Shown here: positions 50,261 to 60,526 of the stretch, one piece after another
Numbering within the stretch: the stretch's first letter is position 1
Layout: every line of letters starts with the position of its first letter
DNA from: Polyangiales bacterium
Lineage (GTDB): Bacteria; Myxococcota_A; Polyangia; Polyangiales; Polyangiaceae
Direction of reading: 5' to 3'
Assembly: GCA_038231275.1 (NCBI GenBank)
Contig: JBBRLQ010000004.1
Coordinates: 335,960 to 399,959, forward strand
DNA length: 64,000 bases
Position numbers and translations under genes: made by a program
Notes under the pieces: generated by a model
Database searches by the model: none
The model's input: only the letters and a program-made list of their open reading frames with translations
Told to the model about the DNA's origin: nothing

Positions 50261-50314
50261 TCGAGCGGCGCAGGGAGTCTTTCGTCCGGCGGCCAGTGTG
50301 CTAGTTGGCGACCC

Positions 50315-51847
50315 GTGCCGCTCACCGACGACGACGCGAAACGACTTCGGCCTTACGTCTCGAACCTCGATCGCGACGTGTTCGCGCTCGCCGGCCTGCC
50401 GGAGGAGGTCATCGCGGTTCTCTTCGCGTACTACTCGCGGAGCAAGGACGATCTACGGACGAACCTCGCGCGCCTCCTCGCCGATCAGGAGATCGAGCTG
50501 ACCGAGGGCGGCGGCGCGGCGCCCGTCTTCAAGCTCGCGAGCGAGAAGGCGAAGGCGTTCCACGAAAAATGGGTCGTCGGCTATGGGCACCAGTCGGTCG
50601 CCGAGCACGCGGTCGTGCACCTCGCGATCGAGAACGTGAGCATCGTCACCTCGAAGGCCATCGAGGATCTGCGCCTCGCGTCGTACACCGAGAAGAGCAC
50701 GCGCTACGTGATGTGGGAGGAGGACAGCTTCCACCCCCTCGCCGACATCGAAGGGCGCCTCGGGCAGATGTACAGGAACACGTGCCGCGGACTCTTCCGC
50801 ACGTACCTCGACCTGGTGCCCCGCGTCGAAGTGGAGATGAAGAAGCGCCACGCGCGCGGCGAGAAGCAGACCGAGGGCGGCTACAACGCGCAGATGAAGG
50901 CGAAGACGTTCGATCTCTTGCGCGGCCTCTTGCCCGCGGGGACGAAGACCAACCTCGGCTTCACCGCGAACGCGCGCGCGATCGAGATGCTCCTCTCGAA
51001 GATGCTCACGAGCCCGCTCAAGGAAGCGCGCGACGTCGCCACCGCGATGCACGTCGAGAGCGGCCACGTCGCGCCCACGCTCGTGAAGTACGTCGCCCCC
51101 AACCCGTACCGCGCCGCGCTTCGCGACGCCGTGCCGCGGATCGCCGAGGCGGCCGGTTTGTCCGGCACCGACGAGGGGGAGAGCACGGAGGAGTACGGGC
51201 AAGCCGTGCGCTTGTTGCGCTACGACTTCGACGCCCTCCAGCGCGTCGTGCACGCCCTCTGTTACGAGGGATCGGACGCGCGATGGAACGCGTCGGGATT
51301 GTCCTCGAGCATCGGGCGGACGTCGAGCGCGAAGCTCGAGCAGCTCCTCAAGGCGGTGATGGACCCGCGGGGAAAGTTCGATCCGGCGCCGCGCGCGTTC
51401 GAGGCCGCCACCCTCGCGTTCGAGGTCACGATGGACTTCGGCGCGTACCGCGATCTTCAGCGACACCGCATGCTCTCGCCGTTCACGCAGCGCCTCGGGT
51501 GCTGGCTCGGCGCGGAAGTGCCCGCCGAGCTCGACGAGATGCCCGGCATCGGCGAGGAGTTCCGCGCCGCGCTCGAGCGCGCGGAGGCGACGTGGCACGA
51601 GATGGCGCCGTCGCTCCCGCACGAGGCGCAGTACGTCGTCCCCCTCGCCTACCGGCTCCGTACTGTGTGGCAGATGAACCTGCGCGAGCTGTTCCACATG
51701 GTGGAGCTCCGCAGCGCGCGCGAAGGTCACCCGAGCTACCGCAAGGTCGCGCAGCAGATGTACCGCCAGTCGGTGAAGGCGCTCCCGTGGCTGCGCGATC
51801 TCGTGCGCGTCGACTTGAACGACTACGCGCTTACGCGCAAAGGCTGA
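50315..51847 (+). CDS. thyX: Tandem-domain FAD-dependent thymidylate synthase (ThyX-like)
   Basis: GHQSVAEH, EKSTRY, RDLQRHRMLS, NLREL; about twice the length of canonical ThyX. Confidence 0.8.
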   Translation: MPLTDDDAKRLRPYVSNLDRDVFALAGLPEEVIAVLFAYYSRSKDDLRTNLARLLADQEIELTEGGGAAPVFKLASEKAKAFHEKWVVGYGHQSVAEHAVVHLAIENVSIVTSKAIEDLRLASYTEKSTRYVMWEEDSFHPLADIEGRLGQMYRNTCRGLFRTYLDLVPRVEVEMKKRHARGEKQTEGGYNAQMKAKTFDLLRGLLPAGTKTNLGFTANARAIEMLLSKMLTSPLKEARDVATAMHVESGHVAPTLVKYVAPNPYRAALRDAVPRIAEAAGLSGTDEGESTEEYGQAVRLLRYDFDALQRVVHALCYEGSDARWNASGLSSSIGRTSSAKLEQLLKAVMDPRGKFDPAPRAFEAATLAFEVTMDFGAYRDLQRHRMLSPFTQRLGCWLGAEVPAELDEMPGIGEEFRAALERAEATWHEMAPSLPHEAQYVVPLAYRLRTVWQMNLRELFHMVELRSAREGHPSYRKVAQQMYRQSVKALPWLRDLVRVDLNDYALTRKG

Positions 51848-51852
51848 CGCCC

Positions 51853-52146
51853 TCACTGGCAGGTGCGCGAGAGCGTTTGCCGATCGCACGTGTTGCCGCA
51901 CGCGCTGTAGCAGGAGCAGTAGTTGTCCACGCAGGTCTGGCAGGCCGCCTTGTCCGCCGCGGCGGCCGCCTTCTGGGTGCATGCGTCGAAGGTGTCGGTG
52001 CACGACTTCTCTTCTGTCGAGGAGCAGGTCTGCGCGCTGCTGCTTCCGCACGCCAGCTGGCTGGGGCCGAGCAGGGCCAGGAGGAGGCCGCCGAGGGCCA
52101 GGACGATCTTGTTTCGCTTCACCATTTCGTTCGTGTTCGTGCTCAT
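51853..52146 (-). CDS. Small Cys-rich lipoprotein (start may be 52125)
   Basis: QLAC lipobox; 10 Cys in the mature domain. Confidence 0.75.
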   Translation of the reverse strand: MSTNTNEMVKRNKIVLALGGLLLALLGPSQLACGSSSAQTCSSTEEKSCTDTFDACTQKAAAAADKAACQTCVDNYCSCYSACGNTCDRQTLSRTCQ

Positions 52147-52159
52147 GCATTTCCCTTAC

Positions 52160-52174
52160 GCAAGCCCCACGCCA
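52160..52174 (-). promoter_or_regulatory. sigma54 -24/-12 promoter of the small Cys-rich lipoprotein
   Basis: TGGCGTGGGGCTTGC on the minus strand, GG-N10-GC. Confidence 0.6.
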
Positions 52175-52235
52175 CGCACGATTCACTGCAAAATAAGCCG
52201 TTTTGTGACGGACTGCCCTCCGCCGTAGAGCAACG

Positions 52236-52262
52236 TGGGCAAGCCTTGCCCAGCCTTGCTCA
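52236..52262. promoter_or_regulatory. Candidate enhancer-binding-protein site
   Basis: Palindrome TGGGCAAG-C-CTTGCCCA followed by CCTTGCTCA, the same core as the 57.2-kb array. Confidence 0.5.
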
Positions 52263-52285
52263 CGGGCGCGGTATACTTGTCGGCA

Positions 52286-53758
52286 ATGGCGTCCTCGCCA
52301 GCCTCGCACATCGACCGCTACGAGATCCTCGGCCGCCTCGCCGAGGGCGGCATGGCGGAGGTCCTCCTCGCGCGGATGCACGGACCACACGGGTTCGAGC
52401 GACCCGTCGTGCTCAAGCGAATCCTCCCGCACCTGGCGCCGGACAAGCGGATCGTCGACCTCTTCCTCGACGAGGCGCGCATCATCGCGAACCTCCATCA
52501 CCCGAACCTGATTCACGTGCAGGAGCTCGGGAGCAACGCGGACGGCCTCTACATCGTGATGGAGTACTTGGAGGGAGAGTCGGTGGCAGGCCTGTGCCGT
52601 CGGCTCGCGCTCCGCAACGAGGATCTCCCTCCCCACCTCGCCGCGCACGTCCTCGCCGAGGCGTGCGCCGGTCTCCACGCCGCGCACGACGCGAAGACGC
52701 CCGAGGGGAAGCCGCTCGATCTCGTCCATCGCGATATCTCGCCGCAGAACCTCTTCGTGACCTACTCCGGCGCCGTGCACGTGATCGACTTCGGCATCGC
52801 GACGACGACGACCCGCGAGAGCCGCACCGAGGTCGGCACGGTGCGCGGCAAGATCGAGTACCTCGCTCCCGAGCAGCTCAAGTCGGTGAAGCTGGATCGT
52901 CGCACCGACGTGTTCGCCCTCGGCATCGTGCTCTTCGAGGTCGTGAGCGGTCGGCGGGCGTACCGGCGCGACAGCACGGCGCAGACGCTCCACGCGATCC
53001 TCTCGGAGCCGGCTCCGCAACCGTCGCGCGCGCGCCCGGGAACGCCGCCGGCGCTCGACGCGATCTGCGCGCGCGCGATGGCCAAGGATCCGGCCGATCG
53101 ATTCCAAACCGCGGCGGAGATGCGGCGCGAGCTGCTCGCCTTCATCCGAAAGCAGACGGTCGACGACGCCGGCGAGCACCTCGGCAAGGTGATGCAGCGC
53201 CTGTTCGCCGATCGTATCGCGGAGAAGGCGGAGCTCCTACGGCGCGTCCGCGGGGGCGATCGGGTGGTCGTGCTCCCGCAGGCCGAAGTCGACGTCGACG
53301 TGGAGATGCCGACGGTGCCCGAGCCACAGACGAACCTCGCGCAGACGCTCCCCTCGCGCCTCGACGATCTTTCGCCGAAGACGGGGTCGCTGCCACGCAC
53401 CTCCAGACTCTTGATCGCCGCCGCAGCGCTCCTCGCCGTCGCCTCGATCGGAGTCGTCAGCGCGACCCGATTGCGCACGCCCGCGGTTCAAGAGCGAACG
53501 ACGACGCCACCTCCCGCGGTCGACGACGCTGTCACGACGCCAGACCTCCCTGCAGCCCGAGTACCGTCTCCGCCGCCGACCGGCGCGTCGATCGACCCGG
53601 CGGCGCCCGCGCCGTCATCCCAAGCGTCTGGAGGCGATCCCGCGATCGTGGACGCCGGCGGACGCACGGCGAACCCGCCTCGTCCGCCGGTGCGCCCGCC
53701 CGCTCATCCGACGCCGAGGCCGGCGGGGTCGCGCGGATTGTCGCCGTCATTGTGGTAG
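52286..53758 (+). CDS. Membrane Ser/Thr protein kinase with Pro-rich external tail
   Basis: LAEGGMAEV, VVLK, HRDISPQN, DFG, YLAPE; TM segment LLIAAAALLAVASIGVV. Confidence 0.95.
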   Translation: MASSPASHIDRYEILGRLAEGGMAEVLLARMHGPHGFERPVVLKRILPHLAPDKRIVDLFLDEARIIANLHHPNLIHVQELGSNADGLYIVMEYLEGESVAGLCRRLALRNEDLPPHLAAHVLAEACAGLHAAHDAKTPEGKPLDLVHRDISPQNLFVTYSGAVHVIDFGIATTTTRESRTEVGTVRGKIEYLAPEQLKSVKLDRRTDVFALGIVLFEVVSGRRAYRRDSTAQTLHAILSEPAPQPSRARPGTPPALDAICARAMAKDPADRFQTAAEMRRELLAFIRKQTVDDAGEHLGKVMQRLFADRIAEKAELLRRVRGGDRVVVLPQAEVDVDVEMPTVPEPQTNLAQTLPSRLDDLSPKTGSLPRTSRLLIAAAALLAVASIGVVSATRLRTPAVQERTTTPPPAVDDAVTTPDLPAARVPSPPPTGASIDPAAPAPSSQASGGDPAIVDAGGRTANPPRPPVRPPAHPTPRPAGSRGLSPSLW

Positions 53759-53801
53759 GCGCCAGCGCGGCCAGGCGACGCGCGCATGCTACGATGGTCT
53801 C

Positions 53802-54917
53802 GTGAAGGCCCTTCGACGCCCGGCAGCCGTGGCGGCGCTCGTCGGCGCGGCGCTCTGCACGGCCGCCACCTTCGCCGCGTGCTCGGTTGGCGATCTCGAT
53901 GTGCGCGGAAAGGCGTGCGGCGACACGTGCCCGGGCGGCATGCCGTGCATCGACGGGATCTGCGGCGGCGCGTCGGAAGGGGGCACCCTCGACGGATCCG
54001 TGGGCGCAGACGGCCAAGGCGGCGACGCGGGGCCAGCGGACGGCGCCCCCGATGTCGACCCCGGGCCCGTGCCGGACTGCCCTCCGGGTTCCTGCGTGGC
54101 GCCTCCGCCCGCGGGCTGGACCGGGCCCTTCCAGATCTACGACGGAAATCCCGCGAACGTCCCCGCGTGCCCGGCGCGTTCGCCGGTCGTCGCGCTCGCT
54201 GCGAACGCCGATATGAATGCCCCTCCCGCTGCGCAGTGCTCGGCGTGCTCCTGCGGCGGCGCCACCGCCGCGACGTGCGGCAAGGCGTTGATCGGGCCCG
54301 GTTGCACGGCGTGCCCGACTCAAACCGCGCCGGCCCTCTACGGGTGCTACTACCCCGGAACGGTCATCACGTGCGGCGGCAGCGCGGCGACCGACGCGCT
54401 GATCACGCCGGCCGCGGCCGACGGAGGCAGCTGTCCGCCCGACGGAGGCGTCGCGACGCGGCCGCCGGTGACCTGGCAGCGCGCGCAGATCGCGTGCATG
54501 AACGGGAACGTCTCGACGTCTGGATGCGACGGCGGACGTCGTTGCGTGCCGACGCCCGCGTCACCGTTCGAGTCTGCGCTCTGCGTGATGCAGGACGGCG
54601 ACGTCGGCTGCCCCGGCGCTCCGTACTCGAGCAAGCGCGTCGTCCAGAAGGGCACGGCCGACACGCGCGGCTGCTCCGCGTGCACGTGCGGCCCGGCGAC
54701 CGGCATCGCGTGCCCGACGACCGTGACGCCCTACGGCGACACGAACTGCATGAGCGCTACCGGCGCCCCCATCGCGGCGCCCACGTGCCAGAGCCTGAGC
54801 CCCGCCCTCTTCATCAGCGTCGGGGCCCCCATCGGAGGCTCCTGTACGCCGAGCGGCGTCGCGCCCGCCGGGACCGTCACGCCGAGCATGCCGGTCACCG
54901 TGTGCTGCACGCCGTGA
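53802..54917 (+). CDS. Cys-rich lipoprotein
   Basis: FAAC lipobox; more than 25 Cys; duplicated CSAC(S/T)CG module. Confidence 0.8.
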   Translation: MKALRRPAAVAALVGAALCTAATFAACSVGDLDVRGKACGDTCPGGMPCIDGICGGASEGGTLDGSVGADGQGGDAGPADGAPDVDPGPVPDCPPGSCVAPPPAGWTGPFQIYDGNPANVPACPARSPVVALAANADMNAPPAAQCSACSCGGATAATCGKALIGPGCTACPTQTAPALYGCYYPGTVITCGGSAATDALITPAAADGGSCPPDGGVATRPPVTWQRAQIACMNGNVSTSGCDGGRRCVPTPASPFESALCVMQDGDVGCPGAPYSSKRVVQKGTADTRGCSACTCGPATGIACPTTVTPYGDTNCMSATGAPIAAPTCQSLSPALFISVGAPIGGSCTPSGVAPAGTVTPSMPVTVCCTP

Positions 54918-54936
54918 GGTCGGGGCTAGCGAGAAG

Positions 54937-56334
<1,398 letters not shown>

Positions 56335-56363
56335 CCCCCAACTCTAGCATCCGACTCGGTCGG

Positions 56364-57170
56364 TCAGAAGCGCCCCTCGAGCATGACGCTCGACCCGCGG
56401 ACGCCGAGCGCCGCGCGCGCGCCGCCGTCGCTGCCGCGAAGGAGGTCGACGCCGATCCACGCGATGCCGACCGCCATGACCACGCCGCCGGCGACGAAGG
56501 CGACGTTCGCGGCACGGGCCAGTCCGCGCGCGTCGTCCTGGAGCGCCGCCGCACGGACGGCGTCGTGCTCATCGGTCGCCGCACCGTGCTTGCCGCTTGC
56601 GAGGATCCCGAGCACCGCGCCGGTCGCGAGGCCCGCGACGCCGACGCCGCTCACGATCCACGCCCCGGTCGAGACATGCGTTGCCCTCGGCGCCGGCGCG
56701 GGTGCCGCCGCAGGAGCTTGCGCGCTCGACTCCCGCTCGTGCGCCGAGGCCTCCGCTTTCCGCCTCGCCTCCTCCGCCGCGGCCTTCTCCTTCTCGAGGC
56801 GCTCGAGATCGTCCACGAGCTTCGACAGCGCAGAGATGCGCCCCTCGATCTGCTTGCGCTCGCGGGGATCGGCGGTCACGACGAGGAACGCGCGCCAGGC
56901 CTCCAGCGCCTCCTTGGGGCGGTGCGCCTCTTCGAGGGCGCGCGCGACGTTGCCGAGGTAGACCGGGTTGGGGTCGCACGCGTATGCGGTCTTCAGCAGG
57001 ACGATGCTGTCGTCGTAGCGTTTCTCTTCGAAGGCGCGGCGCGCGTCCGCGTAGGTCTGCTTCGCGCGATCCGGCGAGCACGCGGCGCGGGCCGGCGCGC
57101 ACCACGCCGCCGCCGCGGCGAGCGCCAGGCAGGTCGCCATGACCTGCCACTTCGCGCTGCATCGACGCAT
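56364..57170 (-). CDS. Exported TPR protein with C-terminal hydrophobic/beta segment
   Basis: Signal peptide (ARA); TPR (YDDSIVLLKTAY...YLGNVARALE); two hydrophobic helices; terminal LEGRF. Confidence 0.8.
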   Translation of the reverse strand: MRRCSAKWQVMATCLALAAAAAWCAPARAACSPDRAKQTYADARRAFEEKRYDDSIVLLKTAYACDPNPVYLGNVARALEEAHRPKEALEAWRAFLVVTADPRERKQIEGRISALSKLVDDLERLEKEKAAAEEARRKAEASAHERESSAQAPAAAPAPAPRATHVSTGAWIVSGVGVAGLATGAVLGILASGKHGAATDEHDAVRAAALQDDARGLARAANVAFVAGGVVMAVGIAWIGVDLLRGSDGGARAALGVRGSSVMLEGRF

Positions 57171-57200
57171 GGGATCAGCATAGCGCGGGCACCCGCCGGC

Positions 57201-57302
57201 GGCTGAGCAAGGGGCTGAGCAAGGGGCTGAGCAAGGGGCTGAGCAAGGGGCTGAGCAAGGGGCTTGTCGCCTTGCTCAACGCCCGGGCGCGCCTTGCTCA
57301 GC
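57201..57302. repeat. Five perfect 12-bp direct repeats plus two inverted copies
   Basis: (GGCTGAGCAAGG)x5 at 57201-57260; CCTTGCTCA at 57270 and CCTTGCTCAGC at 57292. Confidence 0.92.
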
Positions 57303-57329
57303 GAGCGGAATTTCACGGGCGATCCGCGC

Positions 57330-57345
57330 TGGCGCGCGCCTTGCT
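57330..57345 (+). promoter_or_regulatory. sigma54 -24/-12 promoter
   Basis: TGGCGCGCGCCTTGCT, GG-N10-GC, 60 bp before ATG 57405. Confidence 0.7.
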
Positions 57346-57404
57346 CCTGTCTCGCTCGTCTCGCGACCACCACCGCTTTGCAAAAAAGAAAGAAGAGGCT
57401 CTCC

Positions 57405-57863
57405 ATGCGCTCCATCGCCCTCGTTGCTCTCGTTCTCGCGTCGGCGCTCGCGGCTTGCAAAGAGGCGCCCGTCTCGCGCGAGGCGCCCGCCGCGCTGGCC
57501 GCCACGTCCAACGTGAGCACTACGTCGGCGTCGGCCCCCGCCGCTGCGCACGCGGGGGCGACAGTGGCGGCGACCGCGCCCCTCGTCGCGCCCGTCGCGC
57601 CCGCGCGTCCTGTCCCGCATTCGCGCGGCGGCGGCCGATGCGCAGAGGGCGCGCCGTGCAATCTCGGGTGCGCCGCCGGCCAGTGCGCGCAAGCGTGCGC
57701 CGCGTCCGGGACGTGCAACTTCACGTGCACCGGCGGAGGCTGCAGCCAGGCGTGCGCGCCCGGCGCGATCTGCAACCTCGCCTGCGAGGGCGGAGGATGC
57801 ACGCAGGCGTGCGCCGGCGGTGCGCCGTGCTCGAAGACGTGCACCGGCGGAGGCTGCACCTGA
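57405..57863 (+). CDS. Lipoprotein with four 19-aa Cys repeats (disulfide-ladder solenoid candidate)
   Basis: LAAC lipobox; CAEGAPCNLGCAAGQCAQA / CAASGTCNFTCTGGGCSQA / CAPGAICNLACEGGGCTQA / CAGGAPCSKTCTGGGCT. Confidence 0.8.
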   Translation: MRSIALVALVLASALAACKEAPVSREAPAALAATSNVSTTSASAPAAAHAGATVAATAPLVAPVAPARPVPHSRGGGRCAEGAPCNLGCAAGQCAQACAASGTCNFTCTGGGCSQACAPGAICNLACEGGGCTQACAGGAPCSKTCTGGGCT

Positions 57864-57912
57864 CACGCCGGTCACGCGTGGGTACCAAACGAAGGACGTG
57901 AGGGAGGCCACG

Positions 57913-58668
57913 ATGCAATCGAGCGTCTTCAGGATGAGCGTGATCATGGGACTGCTGAGCGCCGGCTGCAGCGCGCAGTCGGCGGCGCCGAGCGATGGCG
58001 GCCCCCCCGAGACGCAGGGCGTCGAAGGAGGTGCGTGCGCGCCCGCGAGGTGCGCAGAGGATTCGGGCGCCACGCCGGACGCGGCACGCCCCGAGACCGG
58101 CGCGGTCGACGTCGACGCTGGAGCCGCCGACGCCGGATCTTCGCAAGAAGATCTCAGCCTGTGCGGCGCCGACGCGCTCGTCTTCACGCAGCGCGCGCAG
58201 TTGACTCGCTACGGCGCGAGGTACACCGACGCCGATGCCACGCGCGAGAATTTCCCGGTCTCGCAATACCGGCCGGACTTCGGCGTGCCTGGCTGGGGGG
58301 CCGCGTTCAAGGACAACACGATCGCGATCCGCGTGCGCGTTCCGGCCTCGTATCCCGTCGTTCATCCCGATCATCTGGGATTCATCAGGGTCGCGGAGGC
58401 GCCGGGCCAACCCGTCGCGTTCCATCAGCTGTGCGTCAGCGCCCGGGCGTGCGACTTCTCCCGCTGCGTCCCCGACGGAGACACAGGGCCCGGCGTCACG
58501 TTCACGGTAGGGAATCAGGCCGCCGGCGGCTCGACCCTCGATTTTGCTCCCGACCAAATCTTCTGGATCAACGTACGCAACGTCAGCGCCGCGGGCGGAC
58601 CCTCGTGTCCGCCAGAAAACCAGTCGTGTGGCATCCTCCTCGACTTCGCGTCGCCCAATCGGTACTGA
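57913..58668 (+). CDS. Lipoprotein of unknown function, beta-rich C-terminal domain
   Basis: GGGAGG RBS; SAGC lipobox; paired Cys. Confidence 0.7.
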   Translation: MQSSVFRMSVIMGLLSAGCSAQSAAPSDGGPPETQGVEGGACAPARCAEDSGATPDAARPETGAVDVDAGAADAGSSQEDLSLCGADALVFTQRAQLTRYGARYTDADATRENFPVSQYRPDFGVPGWGAAFKDNTIAIRVRVPASYPVVHPDHLGFIRVAEAPGQPVAFHQLCVSARACDFSRCVPDGDTGPGVTFTVGNQAAGGSTLDFAPDQIFWINVRNVSAAGGPSCPPENQSCGILLDFASPNRY

Positions 58669-58674
58669 CCTCGC

Positions 58675-60354
58675 TCACCGCACAGCAAGCATCTCGACCG
58701 CCGCCTTCTTTGCGGCGTCGCCGACCTTCACGCCGCCGATCATTCGCGCGAGCTCGAGGACGCGCTCTTTTTCGCCGAGGCGGTGGACCGTCGTCGTCGT
58801 CCGCCCCTTCGACTCGTGCTTGCCGACGACGAAGTGCGCGTCGGCGAGCGCAGCGATCTGCGGGAGGTGCGTGACGCAGAGGACCTGCCGGTGGCCGGCG
58901 ATGTCCTTGATGGAGCGGCCGATGACCTCTGCCACCGCTCCGCCGACGCCGGCGTCGACCTCGTCGAACACGTACATTCCGGCCGGGCCTTGCTCGGCGA
59001 GGACGCGCTTCAAGGCGAGGAGCGCGCGCGACAGCTCTCCGCCGCTGGCGATGCGACGGAGCGGGCGCGGTTCCTCCCCACGGTTCGGCGCGATGAGAAA
59101 TTCGACGCGATCCGTGCCCGACGGACCGAGGCGCGCGCCCGGCGCGATGTCGACGATGACGCGCGCGCGTCCCATCCCGAGGAGCCCTAGCTCTCGCCCG
59201 ATCGCGTCCGCCAAGCGTTCGGCGGCGGCGCGCCTCTTCTTCGATAGCGCGCTCGCGGCCCGGGCCGCCTCCTCGTGCCGGGCGCCATGCTCGCGCTCGA
59301 GCTCCACCGCGCGGTCCTGCGCCTTCGAGAGGGTGCCGAGCTCGTTCGCGAGCTCTTCGCGGTGCGCCGTGAGCTCGTGGGTCGTTGGACCGTGCTTCCG
59401 CAGGAGCTTCTGCAAGCGGAAGAGGCGCTCTTCGACCTCGGCCAGGCGCGCCGGGTTCGACTCCACACCGTCTGCATAGCGACCGAGGGCGCGCGCGGCG
59501 TCGACCAGCTCCGTCCGCGCGGATGCGACCACGCGCGCCAAATCGAGGAGCGACGCGTCGAGCTCGGCGGCGCCGTCCAGCTCGCCGGCGATGCGCGCGA
59601 GCTCGTCGCAAATCGCGCGGGCCCCGTCGCTCCCCTCGGCGCCACCCTCACATAGCCGCGCTTCGGCGCGACGGGTCGCGTCCGTCAACCGGCTCGCGTG
59701 CTTCAGGCGCGCGCGCTCCACGTCGAGCTCCGCCTCTTCTCCCGGCAGCGGATGCACCTCGTCGATCTCTTTGAGCTGGAAGGCTAGAAAATCCTCCCGC
59801 TCCAGTCGCCCTCGCTCCGCGACGCGCGCGGCTTCGAGCTCACGCGCGACCTCACCCAGCGCGTCGACTTGAACGCCGAGCGCGGCGCGCGCGTCGTCGA
59901 GCTTGCCGAACGCGTCGAGGTAGCCGAGGTGCGTCGCCGGATCGGTGAGGCTGACGCTCTCGTGCTGCGACGCGATGTCACACAGCTCGGGCGCGAGCTC
60001 CGCGAGCTGCGATGCCGTACAGAGCCGTCCATTCAAGAATGCGCGGCTCCGCCCTTCCGCGTGAACGACGCGACGAACGACGAGCTCTTGCTCTCCGGGA
60101 AGGCCGGCCGACTCGAGCATCGTCGCGAGGCGCGAACCCGGGGTCACGTCGAAGAGCGCCTCTACCTCTGCCTCTTTGACTCCAGTGCGAACGAGATCGG
60201 GCCGCGCGCGGCCGCCGAGGACGAGGCTCACCGCGTCGACGAGCATCGACTTGCCCGCCCCCGTCTCCCCCGTAAGCACGTTGAATCCCGGGTGCAGCTC
60301 GAGCACGAGCTCTTCGATCAGAACCAGGTTTCTCACCGTGATCTGAACAAGCAT
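58675..60354 (-). CDS. recN: DNA repair protein RecN
   Basis: TGETGAGKS Walker A, coiled coil, ASGGELSR, FDEVDAG, THLPQIA. Confidence 0.97.
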   Translation of the reverse strand: MLVQITVRNLVLIEELVLELHPGFNVLTGETGAGKSMLVDAVSLVLGGRARPDLVRTGVKEAEVEALFDVTPGSRLATMLESAGLPGEQELVVRRVVHAEGRSRAFLNGRLCTASQLAELAPELCDIASQHESVSLTDPATHLGYLDAFGKLDDARAALGVQVDALGEVARELEAARVAERGRLEREDFLAFQLKEIDEVHPLPGEEAELDVERARLKHASRLTDATRRAEARLCEGGAEGSDGARAICDELARIAGELDGAAELDASLLDLARVVASARTELVDAARALGRYADGVESNPARLAEVEERLFRLQKLLRKHGPTTHELTAHREELANELGTLSKAQDRAVELEREHGARHEEAARAASALSKKRRAAAERLADAIGRELGLLGMGRARVIVDIAPGARLGPSGTDRVEFLIAPNRGEEPRPLRRIASGGELSRALLALKRVLAEQGPAGMYVFDEVDAGVGGAVAEVIGRSIKDIAGHRQVLCVTHLPQIAALADAHFVVGKHESKGRTTTTVHRLGEKERVLELARMIGGVKVGDAAKKAAVEMLAVR

Positions 60355-60383
60355 TCAGGTACAGTACCTGAACAAATGACCAT
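60343..60383 (-). promoter_or_regulatory. Tandem Myxococcus-type LexA (SOS) boxes at the recN start
   Basis: Minus strand CTGAATGCTTGTTCAG (60343-60358) and ATGGTCATTTGTTCAG (60368-60383) versus the M. xanthus consensus CTRHAMRYBYGTTCAGS. Confidence 0.7.
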
Positions 60384-60526
60384 GTGCAACACCCTTGACG
60401 GAGTTGTTGCGACTTCATTACCCTCGGCCGCGGTCGAGGCCTCTCTGGCTTCCCTCCTCGTTTCGCTTCGCCCTCGCTCGCAGTCCGCCCGTCCGCCGCC
60501 CGTCTGCCGCCCGTCTGCCCCCGCGC

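Noticed and set aside
36944-53805. Very long alternative-frame or antisense ORFs (e.g. 36944-39514, 38733-41810, 50305-53805, 50453-53179)
   Set aside because: These are Arg/Ala-rich shadow ORFs expected in high-GC DNA, and they overlap well-supported genes.
57201-57260. Possible CRISPR array
   Set aside because: The 12-bp repeats are contiguous with no spacers, and no cas genes are in the window.
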